A DNA stretch of 64,000 bases from Saprospiraceae bacterium. GTDB lineage: Bacteria > Bacteroidota > Bacteroidia > Chitinophagales > Saprospiraceae. The position numbers were made by a program, and so were the translations under genes. The stretch lies in contig JALSKB010000052.1 of the NCBI GenBank assembly GCA_026989035.1, positions 4,553-68,552 on the forward strand, read 5' to 3'. Below are positions 53,963-62,884 of the stretch, in pieces (the first letter of the stretch is position 1; each line of letters begins with the position of its first letter). The notes below the pieces were generated by a model. The model worked only from the letters and a program-made list of their open reading frames with translations. It did not search any database and was not told the DNA's origin.

Positions 53963-56938
53963 TCAGGGTTCTATGGTGTCACATTCGTACAACAAATGAT
54001 GTTCCGGTTTTGGTTTTTGTACCGGTTGGCCTTTTTTCTTGGCTTCAAGCATTTTTTGAATGAGCCGGGTGCGCTCTTGATGTATCCATGCTCTTCTCTC
54101 TTTATCTTTTTCGCGATCGAAGAACAAGATACCGTCCACCCAGGTTTTTTGTGCGACGGCATAAACGGATAAGGGGTCATCGTTCCACAGCACCAGGTCG
54201 GCATCCTTGCCTACTTTGATGCTGCCGATGCGGTCATCTACGTGTAAAAGCCGTGCAGGATTGAGCGTCACAAATTTTAGGGCTTCCTCTTTCGGTGCAC
54301 CTCCGTATTTGATAGCTTTGGCAGCTTCTTGATTAAGACGGCGCCCCATCTCGGCATCGTCCGAATTGTACGCCACCACTAAGCCGGCTTTGTACATCAA
54401 AGCTCCGTTATAGGGAATGGCGTCAATGACTTCATACTTGTAAGTCCACCAATCCGAAAAAGTCGAAGCTCCTGCTCCATGTGCCCGCATCTTATCCGCA
54501 ACCTTATAGCCTTCTAAAATATGGGTAAAGGTGTTGACTTTAAACCCATGTCGCTCTGCAACCCTCATCAACATGACAATTTCGCTTTGGCGGTAAGAAT
54601 GACAGGTGATAAAGCGCTTGTGTTGCAAAATTTCCAACAAGGCTTCCAGTTCCAAGTCTTTGCGATAAGGTTTGCCCGATGTTTTGAGCCGGCCATATTC
54701 CTCTGCTCGGGTAAAGTAATCCTCAAAGACCTGCTCTACGCCCATACGCGTTTGGGGGAACCTGATGCGAAACTGATCACCCCAATTGGACTGTTTTACA
54801 TTTTCACCCAGAGCGAATTTAATAAAACCGTCGGCACCTTTGAATTTCATTTCCTCCGGTGCATAGCCCCAGCGCATTTTAATCAATTGCGTTTGGCCTC
54901 CAATGGGGTTGGCAGAGCCGTGCAAGAGATGAGAGCTCGTTACGCCGCCGGCCAATTGCCTATAGATGTTGATGTCTTCGGAATTGACCACATCGCCTAT
55001 ACGCACTTCTGCCGAGCTGGCTTGTGTGCCTTCGTTTACACCCCTGCTGATGGCAATGTGCGAGTGTTCATCGACGATACCCGGAGTCAAATGCATGCCC
55101 GTCGCATCAATAACTACGGCATCGCCCTCGGCTAAACCTTGACCTATTTGAACGATTTTGCCATCTGCTATAAGTACATCGGTATGCTCCAAAACGCCCT
55201 CTTTTTCACAGGTCCATACGGTTGCATTGCGTATCAAGTATTTTTTTTGTTTGGGTGGCTCTGTCCATCCATAAGCTGTGAAAGGATACATCAGCGGGCC
55301 GGGTTCTTCAATTTTTGCCACCTCCTTTTTCTCTTCTTTTTTCTGCCTTTCGGCAAATGTTTTCCCGGAGGGCAGGGCCTCCCAGTCCGTTTTTTCACCT
55401 TGAGGCCCCTCTGCATAACCAGCCCAATGTTCTCTGCTCAAGTGCCCGCTCAACCTCCAAAAGCCGTGCCCTTTTTCCTGCTCAAAACGCATACTCAACA
55501 AGCCTTTGTCAAAATTCAACTTGACATCTATCTTGCTGGAATCGGGCAGGAGCAAATGAGCTTTGTGCTTTCCGTTTTTGCTTTTCACATACAAGTCATA
55601 ATCTTTTTCACCGAGCAAAAGGTGATAAACTCCGCTGAGGTCGGCTTGCTCCAAATCTTCATACAGTACGGCTTGTCCGTGCACCCACACTTGGCGAATG
55701 CTCGTTCCGTCTTCGAAAATGTTTCCCGATGTGATAAAGAAATTGGCCACTTTACCAGCCTCTAAACTGCCAAGGCGGTCAAACAGCCCCAGGAGTTTAG
55801 CCGGCCTTTCGGTGAGTGCGCGGAGGGCTTCATTTGCCGAAAGGCCATGAGAAACGGCCTTCCTCAAGGCGGGCAAAAAATCTTTCATTTGAGATAAGCC
55901 GTGGGCTGTTAAGACAAAGGGAATACCTGCCTCTGCTACGCGAGCCGGATTGTAAGGCGCCCACTCCCAATGCTTCATCTGAGCTAAAGATACCTGGCGA
56001 GCGTTGAGCGGGTCTTCCACATCATAGGCCTTGGGAAAATCCAGAGGAAGGATGAGTGGGTTACCGGTAGCTTTGATTTCTTCCAACCTTTGGTAAGTGT
56101 CTCCATTTGATGCAATGAGATACGTTTTTCCAAATTCCTTACCTAATCGGGCGGCACGCAAGACGTTGAGCTTGTTTCCCGCGACAAAAATTTGTGGCAA
56201 ATTTTGCAATTCATTCCAGGCCTCCAAAGAAAGGTTGGTTTCTTCTTTATGTCCTTCTTTGGCATACCACTGCCCGTCTAAATAAGTTTGCCGCAGCAGG
56301 GCTATACTGCCCATGAGTGATGACGGATAGCTTTGCGTCGATTTGCCTTTGTCGAAAGACAAAACATGGGCAGCACGGGGTTTTAACAGTAGTTCATGTT
56401 CTTTTTCTTTTCCTATGAGTACAAAAGCGGCGCTGCCGCGCGAAATACCATCCGGCCGATGTACCAAAGCAGCGCCAAAACCGGATTTCCACAAATCAGG
56501 AGCTTTTTTGTTGTCGGAGACAAAGTGTTCTGCAGCATCGAATTCCGTTTTCAAGGCTTCGTTCCAGGCAAAAGCTCCTTTCTTGTTGCTGAGCATCTGG
56601 GGTTGAAGACGGGAGGCTTTCCCTTCCGCCTTGGGGGCAGGCATGCCGTAGTCGGAGTACAAATCGATAAAAGCCGGGTAAATGAAATAGCCGTGGGCAT
56701 CTATGACAACAGCATCATCAGGTACGGCAACGCCCTGGCCCACTTGCACAACTTTCCCTTTGCGCACGAGTAAAGTGGCATTTTCCAAGACCTTATCGGG
56801 GGTTTGATAAATGGTGGCATTGACAAAGGCATAAGAACCTTCCCGTGGATCCGAGACGCCATTGTACGGGAAAGTTTTTTGAGCTGACAAGCCAAAAGAG
56901 CACAAAAACAAAAACAAAACTGTGCCAATCTTTTTCAT
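53963..56938 (-). CDS. Secreted double amidohydrolase-domain protein (metal-dependent hydrolase superfamily)
   Basis: Signal peptide at ATG 56938. Two amidohydrolase-like halves are present (second: PGIVDEHSHIA; C-terminal GSIKVGKDADLVLW). Confidence 0.75.
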   Translation of the reverse strand: MKKIGTVLFLFLCSFGLSAQKTFPYNGVSDPREGSYAFVNATIYQTPDKVLENATLLVRKGKVVQVGQGVAVPDDAVVIDAHGYFIYPAFIDLYSDYGMPAPKAEGKASRLQPQMLSNKKGAFAWNEALKTEFDAAEHFVSDNKKAPDLWKSGFGAALVHRPDGISRGSAAFVLIGKEKEHELLLKPRAAHVLSFDKGKSTQSYPSSLMGSIALLRQTYLDGQWYAKEGHKEETNLSLEAWNELQNLPQIFVAGNKLNVLRAARLGKEFGKTYLIASNGDTYQRLEEIKATGNPLILPLDFPKAYDVEDPLNARQVSLAQMKHWEWAPYNPARVAEAGIPFVLTAHGLSQMKDFLPALRKAVSHGLSANEALRALTERPAKLLGLFDRLGSLEAGKVANFFITSGNIFEDGTSIRQVWVHGQAVLYEDLEQADLSGVYHLLLGEKDYDLYVKSKNGKHKAHLLLPDSSKIDVKLNFDKGLLSMRFEQEKGHGFWRLSGHLSREHWAGYAEGPQGEKTDWEALPSGKTFAERQKKEEKKEVAKIEEPGPLMYPFTAYGWTEPPKQKKYLIRNATVWTCEKEGVLEHTDVLIADGKIVQIGQGLAEGDAVVIDATGMHLTPGIVDEHSHIAISRGVNEGTQASSAEVRIGDVVNSEDINIYRQLAGGVTSSHLLHGSANPIGGQTQLIKMRWGYAPEEMKFKGADGFIKFALGENVKQSNWGDQFRIRFPQTRMGVEQVFEDYFTRAEEYGRLKTSGKPYRKDLELEALLEILQHKRFITCHSYRQSEIVMLMRVAERHGFKVNTFTHILEGYKVADKMRAHGAGASTFSDWWTYKYEVIDAIPYNGALMYKAGLVVAYNSDDAEMGRRLNQEAAKAIKYGGAPKEEALKFVTLNPARLLHVDDRIGSIKVGKDADLVLWNDDPLSVYAVAQKTWVDGILFFDREKDKERRAWIHQERTRLIQKMLEAKKKGQPVQKPKPEHHLLYECDTIEP
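55345..55357 (+). repeat. GCCTTTCGGCAAA word copy
   Basis: Exact 13-mer. In the minus-strand amidohydrolase gene it reads F-A-E-R-Q. Confidence 0.9.
55833..55845 (-). repeat. GCCTTTCGGCAAA word copy
   Basis: TTTGCCGAAAGGC on the + strand. In the same minus-strand gene it reads L-S-A-N. Confidence 0.9.
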
Positions 56939-56993
56939 GATTTGTCGGTTTAAACAATAAAGAAAAGCGTTTTGGCTATTGGTTGCCATACTG

Positions 56994-59900
56994 CTATTCT
57001 CCTCCCACATTCAAGGGTTCAAAAACGCCTGTGGGTGAAAGTTGTAAGGCGGAAAAAGCCTCACTGAATTTTTTCCAATCGGTTTCAAAAAAGCTGTTCA
57101 CCTCTTCCAAATAAGAGCGAATCCGGGTTTTGGTCGCTTCTGCTCGTTCTATGAGGGTGGGTGAGGGACCTGCCGTGGCCGGATTGGGCTCTCCGGCAGG
57201 ATTGAAATAGGTGCCGGTTTCGTAAATTTCACTGATGAGCAAATCGGGGTCCCGATAAATGCCTTGGATATCCTTTGGCGGAAAGACTTCTTCACGCAGC
57301 TGTTTTAATTTCTTTTTTATGCGTTTGCTCATGTCTTGCATAGCCGCCTTATTTTTCTTGTCTTTAACTTGTTCTTCGACCAGTTTCATGCTGTTGTCCA
57401 AGTATTTTTTGGCTTCGTCCAGTTGATTGACGGCTTCCGCCAAAGCCTCTACGTACTGGCCAAATTCGTCTTGATAACTGTAAAGCGCTTTGACACCTTC
57501 TACATCTACCTCAAGTCGGGGGTCGGGGTGGACCTGCACTTTGGTGAAATCTTCAAACTTTCCGTACTTGATTTTGATGGTGTACTCACCCGGAGGGACG
57601 AAATGCCCTTGAGGAGGCGTATCTCCGTCTTTGGGGCGGTTGCTGCCCGGAAAGCGAAAGCCATCAGCCCGCAAATTCCAGGAAAAGCGGTTAAAGCCCT
57701 TTTGCACCTTGGTTTTAAAGTGGCGTAATGCCCGCCCTCCTTCATCTAAAACGACAACTTGTGCCGTATCTACTTTCAGGGGTTTACCCTCCTTGTCTTT
57801 GTTGAGAATTTCGGCAACGGAAAAAGTGATGAGAGCGCCATAGGGTCTATTTTGCCCCCTAAAGTAGGCATTTCCGGTGAATCGGGTTCCGGCGCCCTGT
57901 TTGTAGTTGGCTAACCAGGCATCGGAAGCGGGATAAACGAAAAGCGGTTTGCGCAAGAGCGAGCTACCCAGTTGGGCCAACCCTCGCAAATAGCGTATGT
58001 CGTCAAACACATAGACTGCTCGTCCAAAAGTGCCTACAACCAAATCTTGTTCGCGTGGGTGCAACACCATGTCCATGGTGGAAACAGAAGGGTATCCGCG
58101 TGTCCATTTGGTCCAGTTTTGCCCTTCGTCAATGCTGAAGTAAAGCCCCTGCTCCGTTCCGAGAAAGAGCAGACGCGGTTCATGTCTGTCCTGAACGAAA
58201 GAAAGGCAATAGCCCTCTATTTGGTGGGGCCAGGCCAAACGCTCCCAGCTTTTGCCAAAATTGCGGGTGCGATACAAATACGGTGCCCAATCATTTCGGC
58301 GATAATTGTTGGCGATCACATAGGCCTCTCCGGATTTGTAGCGCGTGGCGTGAATTTGCGTTATCCAGGAGCCTTTCGGCAAATCGGGTATGTTGGAAGA
58401 GACATTGGTCCAGGTCCGGCCACCGTCTTGGGTTACTTGTACTTGACCGTCATCGGTACCCACCCAGATGACGTCTCTGGTTCGAGGGCTGGGGGATATG
58501 GTGGTAATGGTACAGTAGTTTTCCGCACCGGTAACGTCGTAGGTCAAACCGCCACTTTCCTTTTGGCGCAACTTGGAAGGGTCGTTGGTCGTCAAGTCGG
58601 GAGAAATAATTTGCCAAGAGCGGCCGCCATCTGTGGTTTTGTGTAAAAACTGACTGCCGAAGAAAATGGTGTTGGGCTCTAAGGGGCTTTGAGCTATGGC
58701 CGCATTCCAATTGAAGCGCAAACGCACTTTGCCTTTGAGGTAGGGTTTTACCCAGGTTTTTGCACCCGTCTCCAAGTCGGTGCGGAACAGGCTGCCTCCC
58801 TGCCACATTAGCCAGGCATAACGAGGGTTTTCTCGCTCTACCACCACATCAAAACCGTCGCCAAAGCCGATTTCCTGCCAGTAGGCATTGCGAATACCTC
58901 CTACTTGCCAGACCTGAGAAGGTCCTCTCCAAGTGCCGTTGTCTTGCATGCCACCGTAAATGTTGTAAGGCGTATCCAAATCAACGGTAATGTGATAAAA
59001 CTGGCCTACCGGCAAATTCTCCACAAAACGCCAGGTTTTCCCTCTGTCTCGAGAAATAGCCAAGCCGCCATCATTGCCGTCAATCAGGTAATCGGGATCG
59101 TCGGGATGTATCCACCAATAGTGGTGATCACCGTGGATGTTGTCCCAGCCGAGTAAGGTGGTAAAGGTCTTTCCTCCGTCTTCACTGACACTGACGTTGG
59201 AATAAATGTTGTAAAGGCGGTTTTCATTGCGGGGGTCCACGGCGATGTCGGCGTAGTAAAAGGGCCGATCGCCGATGTTGCGGTCAGCACGCTTTTTCCA
59301 GGTAAAGCCGCCATCTTCAGATCTGTATAGCGCGGTCTTTTTGGCCTCTACCAAGGCATAGACAATCTTGGGGTTAGACGGCGCTATGGCTATGCCGATT
59401 TTGCCGAGCTGGCCTTCCGGCAAACCGTCTTTAGCGCTGCGTTTGGTCCAGGTATCCCCTCCATCTAAGGTTACGTATAAGCCGGAGCCATCACCTCCTG
59501 ATTCAAAAAACCATGGCCAACGTCGATACTCCCACATGTTGACGAAAATTTTATTGGGGTTTTCGGGATCCATATCCATGTCGGCTGCACCGGTTCTCGT
59601 GTTCACAAAGAGCACCTTTTCCCAGCTCTTTCCTCCGTCTTGCGTGCGATACACTCCCCGTTCATAGGTGTCGCCCCAAGCTGTACCTAAGGCGGCGACA
59701 AAGACCACATCGGGATTGCGAGGGTCGATGAGAATGCGGTGGATGTTACGGGTTTTATCCAGCCCCATGTATTGCCAGGTTCTACCGCCATCTATGCTCT
59801 TAAAAACTCCGGCTCCACTGCTCATGCTGTTTCTGGGGTTGCCTTCGCCCGTCCCCACCCAAATAATGTCGGGGTTGTCTTGCTGAACCGCTACGGCCCC

Positions 59901-60176
59901 GATAGACAAAACATCCACACTGTCAAAAAGGGGCGTCCAGGAAACGCCTCCTCCTTCGGAGCGCCATAACCCACCCGAAGCAGTACCCACATACAGTACA
60001 TCCGGTTCCTGGTGACAAACATCGATAGCCGTTACGCGCCCACTCATGCCGGCAGGCCCAATGCTCCGGGGCTCTAAACCGTGAAAAAGCGAGATGTCGA
60101 GTTGCTGGGCGGGAAGCAAGGCACTGTAAAGCAAAAAACAAAAAAGCAAAGGAGAGAAGCGGTTTGGATGATTCAT
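56994..60176 (-). CDS. Secreted sortilin/VPS10-like BNR (Asp-box) beta-propeller protein
   Basis: Signal peptide at ATG 60176. Repeated Asp-box motifs are present (S.DGG.TW: SEGGGVSW, SIDGGRTW, TQDGGKSW, TLDGGDTW, SEDGGFTW, TTDGGRSW, TQDGGRTW). Confidence 0.8.
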   Translation of the reverse strand: MNHPNRFSPLLFCFLLYSALLPAQQLDISLFHGLEPRSIGPAGMSGRVTAIDVCHQEPDVLYVGTASGGLWRSEGGGVSWTPLFDSVDVLSIGAVAVQQDNPDIIWVGTGEGNPRNSMSSGAGVFKSIDGGRTWQYMGLDKTRNIHRILIDPRNPDVVFVAALGTAWGDTYERGVYRTQDGGKSWEKVLFVNTRTGAADMDMDPENPNKIFVNMWEYRRWPWFFESGGDGSGLYVTLDGGDTWTKRSAKDGLPEGQLGKIGIAIAPSNPKIVYALVEAKKTALYRSEDGGFTWKKRADRNIGDRPFYYADIAVDPRNENRLYNIYSNVSVSEDGGKTFTTLLGWDNIHGDHHYWWIHPDDPDYLIDGNDGGLAISRDRGKTWRFVENLPVGQFYHITVDLDTPYNIYGGMQDNGTWRGPSQVWQVGGIRNAYWQEIGFGDGFDVVVERENPRYAWLMWQGGSLFRTDLETGAKTWVKPYLKGKVRLRFNWNAAIAQSPLEPNTIFFGSQFLHKTTDGGRSWQIISPDLTTNDPSKLRQKESGGLTYDVTGAENYCTITTISPSPRTRDVIWVGTDDGQVQVTQDGGRTWTNVSSNIPDLPKGSWITQIHATRYKSGEAYVIANNYRRNDWAPYLYRTRNFGKSWERLAWPHQIEGYCLSFVQDRHEPRLLFLGTEQGLYFSIDEGQNWTKWTRGYPSVSTMDMVLHPREQDLVVGTFGRAVYVFDDIRYLRGLAQLGSSLLRKPLFVYPASDAWLANYKQGAGTRFTGNAYFRGQNRPYGALITFSVAEILNKDKEGKPLKVDTAQVVVLDEGGRALRHFKTKVQKGFNRFSWNLRADGFRFPGSNRPKDGDTPPQGHFVPPGEYTIKIKYGKFEDFTKVQVHPDPRLEVDVEGVKALYSYQDEFGQYVEALAEAVNQLDEAKKYLDNSMKLVEEQVKDKKNKAAMQDMSKRIKKKLKQLREEVFPPKDIQGIYRDPDLLISEIYETGTYFNPAGEPNPATAGPSPTLIERAEATKTRIRSYLEEVNSFFETDWKKFSEAFSALQLSPTGVFEPLNVGGE
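58371..58383 (+). repeat. GCCTTTCGGCAAA word copy
   Basis: Exact 13-mer. In the minus-strand sortilin-like gene it reads L-P-K-G. Confidence 0.9.
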
Positions 60177-60217
60177 TGCTGTTTGTGTTGGATACCTGAG
60201 AACAGTTTTTGAATCGC

Positions 60218-60225
60218 CAAAAATA
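60218..60225 (-). promoter_or_regulatory. Bacteroidota-type -7 promoter box for the sortilin-like/amidohydrolase operon
   Basis: The minus strand reads TATTTTTG, 42 nt upstream of ATG 60176. Confidence 0.4.
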
Positions 60226-60416
60226 GCGATTATTTGCAAGAAGCAAAAGGGCATAAATCAGACCATAGGCTTTGCTGTTTGGGATTTTCAATTGAAGGCT
60301 AATCGGTTGTCAATTTGCTATAGCGAATTGTCAAATGTGATGCGGTTCTTGAAGAGGCTTACGCTACTTGTCCCGATTTGCCGGTGTTTTGATGGTTAGA
60401 GATTGTGGCATAGGTC

Positions 60417-60452
60417 AAAAAAAAAGAAAGCCGGCTGCGCGGGCCGGCTTTC
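60417..60452 (-). terminator. Rho-independent terminator after the His-rich lipoprotein gene
   Basis: Stem GAAAGCCGGC / GCCGGCTTTC with a 7-nt loop. On the minus strand it is followed by a T9 run, 32 nt after the stop at 60484. Confidence 0.8.
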
Positions 60453-60483
60453 TTTAATTGATTTGCCGAAAAATTGGCGGGAT

Positions 60484-60936
60484 TTAGGGGTGTACGTGAA
60501 ACTCTATTTTTTTCGACACCTCTTTGGCATTGCCTTCTTCACCCCATACTTTGGCTTCCAGAACCCAATCGGTGTGTTCGGGAACATTGAGCACAAATTG
60601 GTCGGTAAAAGTATAAGGTGATGTCTGATGTACATGAGCCTCTGCAGGTTGGTTGTAGACGACATTTGCAGGGTCATCTTTGCTGTAAATGCTGAGGTTG
60701 ATGTGATGCACAATGCCTCCTTCGGCTTCAGTGAATTTAGCCTCTATGGAAATGGTGTCCCCCACGTGTTTGGCCTCTGTCGAAGGAGACAGAATTTCTA
60801 TGCTGTATTGAGGGCCCGTTTCTTCGGGGGGAGCCGGCTTTTCCGGCTTGCATTGTGAAAAAAGCAAGAGGCCGAAACCCAGCAAAACAAAGCTTATAGC
60901 CTGAGGATATCGAGATGAAAACAAATACTTTTTCAT
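60484..60936 (-). CDS. Small lipoprotein, His-rich (150 aa)
   Basis: Lipobox LLFSQC. Ig-like beta composition with His clusters (GIVHHINL, AEAHVHQ, FHVHP). Confidence 0.6.
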   Translation of the reverse strand: MKKYLFSSRYPQAISFVLLGFGLLLFSQCKPEKPAPPEETGPQYSIEILSPSTEAKHVGDTISIEAKFTEAEGGIVHHINLSIYSKDDPANVVYNQPAEAHVHQTSPYTFTDQFVLNVPEHTDWVLEAKVWGEEGNAKEVSKKIEFHVHP

Positions 60937-61043
60937 AGGGAAATGATTTAATGCTTAAGTGAAGTGTTTACATGGCCAACCGCTTTAACAGACTTGGGAG
61001 TCTGCAATAGGGGTTGCACTTGGCCATTTTGTTGCTTGCAGAT

Positions 61044-61151
61044 CATGCCCGACAGAATGAAGATTCTGTTTAGGCCCGGGTGCACTCATCGGCACAGCTC
61101 GTGTACGGTTTTTGCCTGCCGATAAGCCTGCCCGTTTCGGCTTAGGGCATG
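61044..61151 (-). promoter_or_regulatory. Candidate structured cis-regulatory RNA (three hairpins closed by a P1 helix)
   Basis: Four nested complementary pairs are present: CATGCCC/GGGCATG (61044-50/61145-51), CAGAAT/ATTCTG (61053-58/61063-68), ATCGGCA/TGCCGAT (61088-94/61117-23) and TAAGCC/GGCTTA (61123-28/61139-44). It sits in the spacer between two minus-strand genes. Confidence 0.3.
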
Positions 61152-61167
61152 AAGAAAAAGAAGGGAA

Positions 61168-61548
61168 TCAGCCCTTTTGAGGCGGGTGGAAAATTTCTCT
61201 CACCGGACAGGTGTCTTTTGGCGGGAGGTATGGAAAGTGGTTTTTCCTTTGAATGTCAGGTAGTTGCCACAGCGATGGCTTGTCGTTTGAGTATGCCCAT
61301 AGCGGTTTATCGTTGACTTCCGGTTTGGGGTGGGACAGCGGTTTTTGTTCGTTTTGATGTTTTTCCTGTAGGCTGGTTTGAAGGTGGCACTTGCCGTGAC
61401 AGTGTTTTTCCGGTTGGGCCTTGTTGATACAGAAGCGTTGTTCTATGGTGTTTTGCTGAATTTTATAGACAAAGAGCAGCAGCAGGTCTCCCGAGGAAGA
61501 GATGATTAGCGCAACGGACAACGAAATGGCAATTAAAAATCTCAACAT
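61168..61548 (-). CDS. Small membrane-anchored hypothetical protein with a CxNK...HCHGKCH motif
   Basis: 126-aa ORF with an N-terminal TM helix and a Cys/His cluster (FCINKAQPEKHCHGKCHL). Confidence 0.5.
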   Translation of the reverse strand: MLRFLIAISLSVALIISSSGDLLLLFVYKIQQNTIEQRFCINKAQPEKHCHGKCHLQTSLQEKHQNEQKPLSHPKPEVNDKPLWAYSNDKPSLWQLPDIQRKNHFPYLPPKDTCPVREIFHPPQKG

Positions 61549-61652
61549 TTTACTGCTCGGTACTTTGTTGGGGCGAAGTTTTTCTATCTTCGCTCTTTCT
61601 TAAGAAGGGCAGGCGCTGCCTTTTGCCTATTTCTTCCCCCAAAGATAACCAA

Positions 61653-62882
61653 ATGAGCTTTACGGAGGACACAAAAAGCTATGATTTGGCCATTATAGGA
61701 GCCGGTATTGTCGGCTTAGCTACAACTTGGCAGATTTTGCGCCGGCGTTCGGGTTTACGCGTAGTCGTTTTGGACAAAGAAACGAAGCCTGCTGCTCACC
61801 AAAGCTCACACAACAGCGGGGTGCTGCACTCCGGTATTTATTACAGACCAGGCGGCAGCAAAGCCAAAAACTGCTTGAGGGGCCATGCCTTGATGGTGGA
61901 ATTTTGTCGTACTTACGGTCTGCCTTTTGATTTGTGTGGCAAGGTCATTGTAGCTACCAGAGAAGAGGAAAGGCCCCGTCTTCACGCCATTTATCAGCGA
62001 GGTTTGACCCATGGTCTTCGGGGCATTCGCTTGTTGTCTGCAGCCGAAGTAAAAGAGAAAGAGCCTCATGTGGAGGCTTTGGAGGGGATTTGGGTTCCTC
62101 AGGCCGGTATTGTAAATTATGCCGATGTGGCTAAGAAGCTGGTTGAATTGATTGAGAAGCTGGGGGGCGAAATTCGGGGAGGTTTTTCTTTGCGAGCCGT
62201 ATTTGCCGAAAGGCAAAAGAAGCCTTTGCGCCTTCAAGCCCGAAACGGTGCAGAATTGACAAGCCGTTATCTCATTACGGCAGCAGGTTTATATGCAGAT
62301 AAAGTAGCTCGCATGACCGGCGTGCATCCTCCGTTGAAAATCATTCCTTTTCGAGGAGAGTATTACCGGTTGCGCAGAGAGAAAGAGTATTTGGTCAATA
62401 ACCTCATTTATCCCGTGCCCAATCCGGCCTTTCCCTTTTTGGGCGTGCATTATACGCGTCGGATTGGCGGAGGTATAGAAGCCGGGCCCAATGCCGTTCT
62501 GGCTTTTGCTCGGGAGGGGTACAGCCGTTGGACAGTGCGGCCTGTAGAATTGGCAGAAACGCTGAGCTATAAAGGTTTTTTGCGCCTTGCGGCAAAATAT
62601 TGGAGGGTCGGCCTGGACGAGTTGCACCGTTCTTATTCAAAAAAGGCCTTTGTACATGCTTTGCAACATCTGATTCCGGAGGTGGGGGTAGAAGATTTGG
62701 AGCGAGGTGGTGCGGGCGTGCGGGCGCAAGCCATAGCTCCCGATGGGAGCATGGTTAACGAGTTTGTCATTGTCGAGCAGGAGCGGGTCATTCACGTGTT
62801 AAATGCCCCCTCTCCAGCGGCTACTTCCGCCCTTTCCATCGGTATGGACGTAGCTGACAGATTCTTTGTTAAAATGCAGTGA
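61653..62882 (+). CDS. lhgO: L-2-hydroxyglutarate oxidase/dehydrogenase (FAD-dependent)
   Basis: [14 protein letters not shown] dinucleotide fold, [14 protein letters not shown], and C-terminal NAPSPAATS, as in LhgO. Confidence 0.8.
   Translation: MSFTEDTKSYDLAIIGAGIVGLATTWQILRRRSGLRVVVLDKETKPAAHQSSHNSGVLHSGIYYRPGGSKAKNCLRGHALMVEFCRTYGLPFDLCGKVIVATREEERPRLHAIYQRGLTHGLRGIRLLSAAEVKEKEPHVEALEGIWVPQAGIVNYADVAKKLVELIEKLGGEIRGGFSLRAVFAERQKKPLRLQARNGAELTSRYLITAAGLYADKVARMTGVHPPLKIIPFRGEYYRLRREKEYLVNNLIYPVPNPAFPFLGVHYTRRIGGGIEAGPNAVLAFAREGYSRWTVRPVELAETLSYKGFLRLAAKYWRVGLDELHRSYSKKAFVHALQHLIPEVGVEDLERGGAGVRAQAIAPDGSMVNEFVIVEQERVIHVLNAPSPAATSALSIGMDVADRFFVKMQ
62202..62214 (-). repeat. GCCTTTCGGCAAA word copy
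   Basis: TTTGCCGAAAGGCAAA on the + strand in lhgO, read as F-A-E-R-Q. Confidence 0.9.
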
Positions 62883-62884
62883 AT

